Shown piece by piece: positions 1 through 53,464 of a stretch of DNA of 64,000 nt. The stretch is from Raillietiella orientalis (taxonomy: Eukaryota). Position 1 is the stretch's first letter. Each line of letters starts with the position of its first letter. The translations under genes and the position numbers were made by a program. The DNA lies in contig JAYWIR010000016.1 in assembly GCA_036172245.1 (NCBI GenBank), positions 1,798,001-1,862,000 on the forward strand. The letters are read 5' to 3'. The notes under the pieces are model-generated. The model was not told the origin of the DNA. It did no database searches and saw only the letters and a program-made list of their open reading frames with translations.

Positions 1-121
1 GCCAGCCGAGCATCACGTGATGGACACGGGAGGGAAACGGAGGCCACCTTTGAATGATAATTCAGTAAACAAAATGCAGCATTAAGAATGAAAAAAAAAG
101 GGGGGATAAAAGGGGCCTATC

Positions 122-1170
122 TCGGAGGTTCCCTTGAGCCCAACTCATTTGGAAGCGCTGCTGGAAGTTAGGGAGAAAGGGAAAATCAGTTCAGAAACTG
201 TTGAGGATGATTTAGTTTCCCACCCGGGATGGGTGATTTTCGACTTGGTGTCACTGGTGAACCACCGACGGGTTCATGACGTGTGCCCTCAGGGAGGATC
301 ATGATGGGACCCTGGTGGACGAGCAGGTGCGCCTTTGCTGATCCGCAGAGCTTTTCTAAGAGTCTCTGAGACCAGCAACAGAGAATGCCGAGTTGATCCG
401 CACTCGTGGGCAAGGGGAGGCAGATGCGAGGCTGTGGCGAGGTTTGGGCGCCTTCACGGTGACAGCAGGGATGGCGCGGTCGTCGGAAGGCCTTCGGAAG
501 CGCTGCCGTTTCTTGCTCCAGGTGATGATGGCCTGAGGCCGAGAGGACGCCAGCGGACGACCAAAGCGAGCCACGTACGTGCGCCGGTTGCAACAGCAAA
601 ATGAGAGGATTGCAAGCGGAATCTCTGCTTCCAGAAATAACTACAAAGAAGATGTTTGTACGAAGTTTAATGTTCCAAAAAAAAGCTGAGATGGATACCA
701 AAATTAGAAAGAATATGTGCACACGCGCATCTTCTCGGCAGTCACGACATCTCGGCGCGAAGTAGCAACGCTGTATGAAATATGGCCTCTTCTTGCATGC
801 GACTTGCAGTAAACAAAGGGAGGATCCGTCACAGAGGCGTTAAAAGTTGAATACGCGCGTCTTTTTAGCCTCCTCTGTGAAGTGCCTCTTTCCTGTGCTT
901 CTTTTCCATCCAGAGGTTCTTTCGGCAGTTATGCAGAGTGTTTGGTTTCCTCGAGCCAAACATGCAAGCAGCGAGGTGAATTTCCTGGCACTTGATGCGC
1001 TTGCTGATGCTGCTGCGGGTCTCCAGATTCGCGATGGTACGTGATCTGTACGAGCAATGGAAGCAAAGTATCAGCAGCGCGTCACCAGGAAGCACGGACT
1101 TCGTTTGCTCACGCCGGGGTGCGAGTCAGAAGTGGAGAGTATCTCTGGCTGCACGTCATCTTCAGTCGGT
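122..1170 (+). pseudogene. Decayed bHLH-PAS gene remnant (PAS-A and PAS-B), NPAS4/dysfusion-like
   Basis: 152-280 reads EALLEVREKGKISSETVEDDLVSHPGWVIFDLVSLVNHRRVHD (PAS-A-like). 941-1006 reads FGFLEPNMQAAR*ISWHLMRLL and 1131-1163 reads SGEYLWLHVIF (PAS-B-like). Blocks are collinear, with stops and frameshifts. Confidence 0.45.
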
Positions 1171-2249
1171 CTACAGTCTGCTTGGATCATCAGCCGGTGG
1201 ACGCCCCCCCACAGCGAGGAAAGATTAGATGATGATCAATCACTACTCAGCCGCCTCTCTCGCGGATGGCGCGCAGTGAAACCGCAGCCTCCTCCTGCTC
1301 GCGCACGGTGCATTTGCCATCTCTGCATTTCCTTCCTTCTCACCCTGCGGGATGCGCGCGGAACCATCCCAGATGCACACGGAGCATCATTCCCTCAGGT
1401 CTTCAGTCCGCGCAGCATCTCCCTCGGTGCCATCCTCGGCATCGCACCGCGGAAGCACGAATGACCACTTCTTTTGTCGTGTGGCTGCTGTTGTCGCTGT
1501 AGGGAAGTGATGTTGAAAACACACGCTGAGTGTCATCTGCGGCAACGTGTGCCATGCCTCAAAGAGACTCCACAAGGTCGGCGTGGGCTCGAAACTAACC
1601 GCTGGAACACGGGCTGGCGTAAACTCGCGACGACACGCGCTCACTGCCTCCAAGCTCCCCGACCCTCCTTTTCAGGGTGGTACTTGTGCCAGCAGCTCCC
1701 ATCCCCCTCCTTCCTTCCATCTTGCTTGGAAGATCCGATGCAGAAATTTCGAGAAGGCAGGGGGATATGATGTCCCTTTCCCTCACTCAGAGCCACGGTA
1801 GCAGCAGCATCACTCGTCGGGACAGCAGTTGCGTCTGCTACTAATCCCTGGGTCTGAGATCAGAATCCGGGGTATTACTGGAGAATCTACCCGGAAATCT
1901 CTGGACTTGAAAGTAGCTAAGAAGCTTTAGCAGCTGACATTTGAGAATCCGTTCAAGAACTCAACAGTTAGCTACTGTTGTTTGATCTTTCTTATTCGTA
2001 AAGACCACTGCTGACCGATGAGCCTTCAGTCGGCACTATTGCTCTTGGCGCTTTGGGGTCGATAGCAGTCCCCGCGCGACTGCTGCGCTGTCAGCGGAAG
2101 CTTTGCATCTGAGACCTCGCAGGAGGCCATCGTGCCTCAAACCGGCTCAGCCAAGTTCTTTACGCGGTCACTGCTGGGGAGCGGCTCATCCTAAGTCCGC
2201 TCAGGAACGACAAAAGAGGAGCAGCTGGTGCTGGTAGGGGCCAACAGCA

Positions 2250-3800
2250 TGCTGCGCAACGGGGACTCGGACCACTTTCTCCCCCTCCGTGTTCCGGGAT
2301 TCGATTGGGACGTTCGTGGAGTCCACGGAGGAGAGCTGCATCATCCGCCCGTTCTGTGATCTCGAGAGTCTCGGCTTTCGCCGCTAAACGCGGACCGCGG
2401 CAGCAGAGGAGATGGTACAGCTCTGGTGCACGGCAAGGATCAGAGCGAATAAAGGAAGGGAAGAGCATGGGAGAGCTCAGGTTACGAGGCCGCGGAAGTC
2501 GGTTTGTGGAGGCTGCGCGTTGCTGCTGACGCTGCTGCACGCCCGAGCAAGCAGTGCGGCTAGTCGAAAAAGAACCTGGGGAGCGACGTGACGCGCCGCG
2601 GAGGCAACCAGAGCGCACCTTGAAGGAAGGGGGAAGAAGGAGAGGCTGAGCAGCAGCTGAAGTGCTTTCTCCTGGGCTTGCTTGCCGGGGGGGGTTAGGG
2701 GGAAGCGCCACCAGGGTAGCGACCCCTGCGCCCCAAGTTGAAGTCCGCAAGTCCGGGGCCAGCCAAGCTCGGGACCCAGAGCGCACACGGGAAAGCAGGA
2801 GGGGAACGCGGGAACTCGGAGACCGCGAACGCCCTCCCGAGCAGGATTTGCAGCTCCACGGGCACCCGCAGAGCATGCCGAGAATGGGCGGAAGAGAACC
2901 ACCACGAGTATGGGGAGCATGGACAAGCGCTCCGTACGAAGCGGCAGCGCCAATGACAATACGAGAGGGGGGAGGCACACTGGACATTCCGACGAGGACA
3001 TCTGAGAAGGTGGAAGCCTTCTGAGAAGCCATCTGAGAAGGTGTGGGCGGAGGCTTGGTCCCGTGCTCTCACATCGGAAGCATATTCCGCAAAGACAACC
3101 CGTACGCGAAGAAGTCGGACGAGAAGTTCGGCAACTTCGTACGGAAAAGCTCTCCATCCTCGTCGCCACAGTGAGACGACTGGATGACTTCGAGATCTAC
3201 CCCCCCCTTCCCGGGGCGGGGCTGGGAAGACGTCCACTGAAGGTGATTACGGCGACATACCAAAGTTCCTGAAGACCCGCAAAAAGCAAGCCTTTCGCTT
3301 GGGAATACGTGGAGGAGGGAGTGGAGTTGCGCGTGTCCAGCCAGGGGCCGCCACCCACAGTGCATTTCTGGAGTAATTCCAACTGACTCGACGCCATCGA
3401 CAACAAGCTGGCACCAGCCAGAGGGTCCGTACGCGTGCCATGGCATGGGTGGTTATCAGTTCTGGGGCCTGACTCCAGCAGGTGGCCTTCGAAGCAGAAT
3501 CCGAGGAGAAGCATCGGACTACGGCGGATCGTCCGGGAGAAATTTCGATGCATGGCAAGGGCGCCGTCCTGTGCGCCCTTGCCATGGGCGGCGGGGGCAA
3601 CCCGTTGCGGGTTGTTTGCGTTTTCGCACCCGAGAAGGAACAGTTGGTCCAGAAAGTTTCCCGCAAACAGCGCCGTGGAGCGACAACATCGGGGAAAAAG
3701 CATTCCCCGAGCACGGTCCCGTGTAGTCCTGCGAGGACCAAGTCCCAGTGGAAAGAGCGGAACGTATCAGCATCACCCCATCTGGGCGAATGCAGCGATT
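2250..3800 (+). pseudogene. Decayed, apparently intronless polypeptide N-acetylgalactosaminyltransferase (GALNT/pgant) copy
   Basis: Collinear blocks in shifting frames: PQSMPRMGG (~2865), VPCSHIGSIFRKDNPY (3058-3105), LVATVRRLDDFEIY, GDYGDIPKFLKTRKK/KPFAWEYVE (3242-3315), and ricin-B lectin repeats GPYACHGMGGYQFWGLTPAGGLR (3424-3492), PCHG..GN and VPCSPARTKSQWK. The 5' boundary is uncertain. Confidence 0.7.
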
Positions 3801-6800
3801 CCTGAAGCACATAAGAGGGTCGGGTCACGGTCGCGAAGACGCCACTCACCCGTCGCTTGCAGGGAGGGCATCAGAGAGTCCTGGAGTCCTTGCAGAAGAG
3901 GGAAAGAGCCGAGAGGCAGTGAGATGCCCTCGGGATCGAGAGAAGAGTCTGCAAGGAGGTATACGGCTGCTGCCAGGGTGCCGGCGCACGCGGAAAGGTA
4001 GAGGAGAGGAAGCGGGAGGAAGGAAGCGGAAAAGGTCAGGTCTCCGAGGGACCTGACTACTCCTAGGACCGCACACAAGGGAACAAGGGCAAGCTCCAAA
4101 AGATGGGGTGGAGAGGAGAACCAAACACGTAGCAGGAGGAAAGGGTGGCGGGACCACGTCTGCAAGTTCGAAGAAAAATAGGAGGCGGCAAGGACGGCCC
4201 TGCAAAAGGACGGACGCCGGAGAGAAGGAAACAGAGGGCGAGTTGTTACATAACAACGGAAGCAGAAAGGGAGGGAGAGAAGGAGCCGGGACCACAGGGA
4301 ACAGAAGCGAGAGAAGTCGGGAATTCGGGTGCCGCGGAGCGTTCGGGTCGGAGGCTACAAACCGAGGGAAGAACGCAGCTTGTGGCGAAGTCCTTCGTCT
4401 GAAGACGCCGGCGTCGCCGGCACGGAAGCGGAAGCGACGACGCGCCCTCCCACGGACGGATCGATCCGCGATCTCGGCGACTCGCGCGCGCCCTCGCGTC
4501 CCTAGCGTACGCTCGCGCGCATGCGCGGCGAAGTTCGAGCTTCGAATGGCAAGGCCGGATCGGAACATAGGGAGAGGGAGCATCCTCGAACACATCTGTA
4601 GGCAGCAGGCACTCCGGTCCAGGAGAAAAAGAAACGCAGAAGGAACGACGAGGACATCCGCGCATCTCACCGCCAAGCCGCTCTTCTCCCACCCTCCCTC
4701 CGCCGCCGCCACCGGTTGTGCGGATTCCCGAGAGAGAGACGCTAAAAGCAGCGAGTTCCCGGCTCGTTTCCTCTTCCGACGTATCCGCAGCACGAAGAGG
4801 GCCCTTTGCTCGAGACGGAAGTGGCTCTCCAATTCAAAGTGGAGCCCACTTCGGCCGTGTTGGCACCCGCGGGCGAGCGAATGAAGGGGAAAAGCACACC
4901 CGGATCAGAGAAACAATGATTAGAGGAAATAGCACTAGATGGTGCTGACTCGAAGCCGCGTTGCCATCTCGCGGGAGGCGGCGATGCGTCGGAGTCTGAG
5001 AGAGTGGAGGAGCGAGAAATGGCAGAAGGCTCCTCGTCCTGGAAAGAGGGCACGGCACGGAAGCCCTCAGGAAGGTCCTCCCCGGGCACGCGCCAGCTGA
5101 TGGAAGTTATGAAAACGCGCCTTGCCCTGCTCCACCGTCCGAGAGCTCCGACGCCCGAGGTGTCGCGAGGCGGACGGTCGAACGGAGGGTGAGGCTGCGA
5201 GCCTGCAGACGAGGAGGGAAGAGCCCAGAGAGAAGCGTTCCAGGAGTCCGGGTAAGGGCGCAATCCTGGAAGTTTCGGCCGCGGGCGGCGAGCTGCTGCG
5301 ACAGCCCCGCTGCCGAGGTCCTCGTCACGTCGTGCAAGGTGGGGTCGACAGCTTTCCAGCTCGCCCTCCGGCTACGTGGGCAGCCGCCGCAGAGGAGGAG
5401 GCAGCGAGTGAGAAGTGGTATCCCTTCTCCCGGAGAGGCGGGAACAAACTCCCATCTTCCAGACCCGCCCGACTTACGCTGGGAGGAACGGAGAAGGTGC
5501 AAGGAGGGTGGGCGCCCGGTGCCGCGGAGGAGGAGGAGGAATCCCGTTACACCGGGCCGGTGTGGACGCTCGCACGCGGGTGCAGAACTTGCGCCGCACA
5601 GACGCGTGCCCGCATGACTTCCGCGTGGCGGGACGGTCGAACCCGGTGGTGGTGTGGACGGCGGCAGCTGCCAACGCCCTTCCTTCCAAACTCTGACGGA
5701 CGGGACTGACCTGTCGGAGGTCACCCCGTGCGCGTTGAAGGAAGCTCTCTTTCGTGCAAACTTTGGAACCTCCCTCCGCAGCATCCCCGGATCCGGACCA
5801 GACGTGAGGACGCGGGCGAAGAAACACTGCAGTTTCAGGAGACGCGTGGCGAGCGACCACGAAAGACAGGGGCGAGGAGCGAAGGGAGGATGACTGGTTC
5901 TTCGGTGACTCCCCCACCCACCCCGAAGTTCGGGTCACCGCTGCAGCTGCTTGGCGCAGTGGCTGGGAACGAGACTCGAAAGGCCCCGGTACTCGGGGAG
6001 CTCTTCCATGCGCACAATGAAAATGACGCCTGGGGGACACGCGATCCGACCTCCCCCCATGGAACAGCATTCTTGCACTTCGAGCTCCCCGCCTGCGAAG
6101 GAAGGGGTTCGGCCCTTCCTTTGTGACCAATAATTCCGCTGATGTCAGGTGGTGGCGGCGGCGGCGGTGCAGTGACAGCCCGATCATGAGGAAGACGCTC
6201 TCCCTCCCCGATGCAAGCGACCCCTCGGGTCACTTGACTTCTCTGCAAGCATGAGCAACACACACACACTTCCTTAGGGCCTGGGGAGCACCCTTCTTTA
6301 TCGAGTGGATCCAACCACGGGAGTGGGGCTGTCTCTCGCTTCCCACTTTCCTTTCTCTTTACTCCCTTCACCATCCTCACCATCGAAATCGCCAGGAGCG
6401 GCGGCAGCGGAGCACTCGATTCAAGGAGGAAGAGGAGGAGGGGGAACTCGGGCGATGCGCGAGTCACCCTCTACGCGGAGGCGGAGTCTCAGCCTGCCGA
6501 CCGTGCGTACGAGGCGAACCTCGCCACGCGGATGAATGATTCACGGTCTGGAGGGCCCCAGCTGCCCGGGAGCGTCAAAGAACCGAGCGATGGCATCACT
6601 CCTCGCCCAGCTCCTCCGCGATCACAAGGCTGCCACTCCCGGAAAAAGGCTGAGGCACGCCCTTCCCAGTGGCGAACACGTCCGCCCGCTTCTCACCGAA
6701 ATGCGTTCGGCAGGGGCTGTTGCTGTGGATGCTGGGCTAACGGAGCCCTCGGACGGGGCACTCCGGGATTTTACTGCCCCCAAGGGCTCTCGGGGCGTCT

Positions 6801-8091
6801 TCCGATGGTGGAGGCCTCTCAGAGCGCCAGAAACTCTCGCCTGGGGCTCCTCGGGGACGCAGGAGACGGAAAGACCCCGAATAGTTTGGATCCGGGAGCG
6901 ATGATGGCAGCCACAAAGCCAGGAAGTCAGTTTTGGAACCATCCAATAGCATCAACTTCTCCCGCACGCTCTCCTGGTAGGTGAGGCGCGTCCCGGAAGT
7001 GAGGATGCAGGGGACGAGGAAGAGTCAGGAGGAATGTCTGGAAGCTATGAGTACCGCCTACCCGGAGTCCCGCGGCTCCACACCCCCTCCACGATGGACC
7101 GCGGGGACATCTACCTGCTGTGCCATTACGGTTCCACGTTCCCCCGCCTGCTGTCGCCAGAGGTCACGTTGCCACCAGAGGTCACGTGGACCTCTCCTTT
7201 TCCGATTAGCGCCAAGAAGATCTCAAAGTGGCAGCCGGTCCCTAGGGACGACATCTCAGACCCTGGACAACGTGAGGAAGTCACCTTGAAGAGGGAAGCC
7301 AGGCCCGGTGGTGAAGCAACTGGCGGCGCCTCCCTCCGCGGTGGTGGACAAACTGGAGCGCACATGTCCACGGTCCACGAGGGGACCTCGGTGGGGATTC
7401 TTTCCCGGAGGGTGCCTAACCAGGAAGCTGGGGCGGCCGTTCCGAGGACCCGCTGCTGCTGCTCCTCCTCCTCCAAGGTCGGCTCGCCGCCGCATCCGCC
7501 ATCTCTACGGAGCGCGCAGACGCTGCCTTCGCCCCACGCCTGCCTCCCTGCGCCACTTCGTGGTGGTCCCACCCGCGTTCTTTTGCTGCGCCCCGCCTGT
7601 CGCTCCCCGCTACCTCCTCCTCCGACCACACCACCGCAATCGCCCCTCGGGCCGGTTGTGGTGGTCACCGCTCCCCGAGGCGCTCCGCTTTGCTGCCGTT
7701 CGCGGATCCCCGGTCCTGCCTCTGCACCAGAGACTTCCGCACACGCCCCCACCGCCTTCCGGGAAAGGTTCCTGCACTGAGGCGCAGCCTTCGCTGCCCG
7801 GGATGTCCGAGACGTTTCCTGCCGTTCGCCCTCTTCCCGCCTCGCTCCCTGCGTCCCATGGCAATGGAGGAGGGGGAGACAGACAGACCTCGGATTCGGA
7901 GGGAGAGGAGGATGGGGAGAGAGGGAAAGAGTGCATGCCACCGCTGCTGCTGCCGCCGGGCAGGAGGTGAAGTCTTCCACCGCCGAGGGTTCTGACGTGC
8001 TCGCGCGACCTCGAGAGCGCAACGCTCAGGACAGTCAGAGGTGAAGGTCTGTCGGATGACTTTTTTTTTCCCCCTTGCGTCACTTTTCTCT

Positions 8092-8097
8092 TTTATT
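8092..8097 (-). promoter_or_regulatory. Candidate PKC polyadenylation signal (implies ~2.5 kb 3' UTR)
   Basis: First minus-strand AATAAA I found downstream of the stop codon at 10571; no transcript evidence. Confidence 0.3.
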
Positions 8098-10570
8098 CTC
8101 TCTTGTTCCTGGTCCCCGTTTATCTCCCCTCCCCTCCTCCCTCAAGGCGAAGAGGAAGAGGGTCACCTCGGAAACGCAGGAGACCCTGAACAGAAGGATA
8201 CTAGGAAAGGCTCCAGGTGCACTTTCCCCTCCTCCTGCCCACATCTGGTGACGCATCATCGGTAATGATTTGACGTCGTTTGCGCGCACCCGGCGAGAAA
8301 CCTTTCGGTGTTTTCTGGGAGCCGCGCGAAGACAAGTGCGCCCCGCTAATCAATAAATGTTAATCATCTGCTTACCCGACGTATCCGGGAGGGATGGGAG
8401 TGTCACGTAAGGTGGGCTGCCGCTGCGGAACACTTGCGGACACGAGAGGGCAGCGGCGGAGGCGGCGCACACCAGCCGCCAGCTTCATCCTCCCACGCCC
8501 TCTTTTTTGTTTTCCTGGAGGACATCGAGGCGCCCCCCCCCCTCTCTCTCTCCTGCCGCCGTTCGCACGGACTGCTTCGACTACTCCTTCTCCCTGCGGT
8601 CCGGCGCGACCTCTCTTCCGTGCCTGCGCACCAGCCACCCGCTCCGGGTTCCCTCACCACGCCACCACAGGCGCCTCACCTCCCCCCCTTCAGCCCCCAG
8701 GCGCGGTCAAGCGCAAGAGAGCACCTCCGGTGGCGGAGCTGCCCACGCGGCCTGCACGGAATCTAAACGACACGGATGACTCCCGACCTGAAGCGGACGT
8801 CGCAGACGAGGTCACTTCAACTACCCCGGATGCAAAGATCGCTCCTCTGCACGGATCGTCCTTCTCCCTAGTCGACCTTAGCACCCACCTTCCCCCTCTG
8901 CCGACACTCCTTTTTTTTTTTTCCCACGCGGCTCAGCTTACCCTCATCCCGCCGTGGTCCTGACGCTGCATTTTGATTTCACTTCCGCGTTCGGTTCGTT
9001 CCACCCTTTCCCTTCCTTTCATCTTTCGTCGTCATCTCGGAAAGAGCAGGGATCCGCCCGTCCCCTCCACGAGGGGAAACCCGGAGAAGAGGTGAAGGCT
9101 GCCGTCTCAGCTGCCGCTCCGGAGCAGGCGGGAAGAAAAATCCCTTGTGTGTTGCCTGCAGGGGCCTCTCTCCCCGATGGAGAGAAACTGCTGAGACTCG
9201 GCTGCCGCAGCTGCGGAGGCGACTCGTGGCGGCGCGCGGCTCGCCCGACTGGGAGGTTGCCCGGAGCCGGAGAAACGGGGGAAGGAGAGCTGCAGGGGAG
9301 TAGGAGGAGATGACCGTGGGCAGCTGAAGGTGGCCGAGGAGGAACGGACGTGGCACGGAAGCAGCCCGTGGGGACCGGAGAACCATGGGAGCCACGCCAG
9401 AGGGCGGGGACCCTTGCCCCTCTCCGTCCACGGTCGAGGGCGCGCTGCCTCCTGCAGCACCCTGAGAAATCCATCGTGCTTTCCCTTTTAAGCACCCCCA
9501 CACCCTCTGCCTCCTCCGCTTTCCCAATGCGTCGGCGGCAGGAAAGGTGGGGAGCGCAGCCTTCCCCACTCCCCCTGCTCCACCTGTCCCGTCCAGTGAG
9601 GCCTCTGTCTAAGCTGGAAAGAGAAGAGGTGAAGACGATGGTTGTTCCCTCTTCCTGGAGAGCTGTTTCGCAAACCAGGGTCCTGGGAAGGAGGAAGCTG
9701 TGCGGGAGCTGGAGAGATCCCGCGGCTGTGCCTGGACGGAACGGGACGCCTGATGCGAGCTCCCCTGCTGTCCACGGACGGCCGGGAAGGAGCACGCCGG
9801 CAGGTCCGCTCGACGAGGAGGGCACCGGAAGGAAAGAGCGCACTGGAGGTAGTGGGGCGGTGGGGGGAGAAGAAGAAAAAAAGGCCGGAATGAAAATAGG
9901 GCTTGTATTTTCCAACGTGCCGCATGACCATCCACACACAGCAAATCACAAGAGGGGAGAGAGGGGGGAAGGACCGGCGGAGGAATGCGGCTCCCACGTA
10001 CCCTTTCATCGGAAGCAGGGCCGGGATGCGAGGAAGTGGTCCCGGTCGAAAGTTCTCCCCAGTCCACCCCGGAGGGTGAGGTGACGTCACGCTCCAGGTG
10101 GGCGTGCGCTGGTGGCTCACAAAGCCCCGGAAAAAAAAAAAAAAAAAAAAAACGAGCGAACGGAGGGGGAGGGGGAGAGAGGGGTGGGGGAGGGGAAAGA
10201 AGTGTGAAAAAGAGGACGAGGGAGCAACAACAACAACAAAAAACAAAAAAGGGAGGAAACAGCAACAACAACAACAACACGTCAAACGGACTGATCGGAA
10301 TCGTTTGGTTCTCCGCCATCGCCGCCGCGCCTGGAAAAAAAAAAAAAAAAAAATGGCGAAGATGCTGAACATGGACGACTCACGAAGACTGCGCAGTAGG
10401 GAAGAGCAGGGAGATGGAGGTGGGTGGGGAGCCAGCAGGGGGGGGGAGGAGTACCGGGACGGGGGGGGGGGAAGAAACAAAACAAAACAAAACAAAAAAA
10501 AAAACACACGTGGAGGCTCGGAGGAACCCGCGAGGGCGCCGCAGGTGGGGATCAGGGTGGCTCCTCGAGG

Positions 10571-53347
<42,777 letters not shown>

Positions 53348-53444
53348 GTCCGCAACGGCACTGCACTCGATCGCGAGTGACGAGCCCGGCGTCGCGCGCG
53401 CTGCCTTGGAGCAGAGAAGCCGCCTCGATGCGAAGATCTCTCGG

Positions 53445-53464
53445 CGCGCGCGCGCGCGCGCGCG
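53445..53464. repeat. (CG)10 alternating tract about 100 nt upstream of the PKC ATG
   Basis: Read directly from the sequence. Confidence 0.9.

Noticed and set aside
10131..10505. Poly-K/poly-F/poly-Q ORFs (10098-11084, 9488-10507)
   Set aside because: Translations of homopolymer and microsatellite tracts in the PKC 3' UTR.
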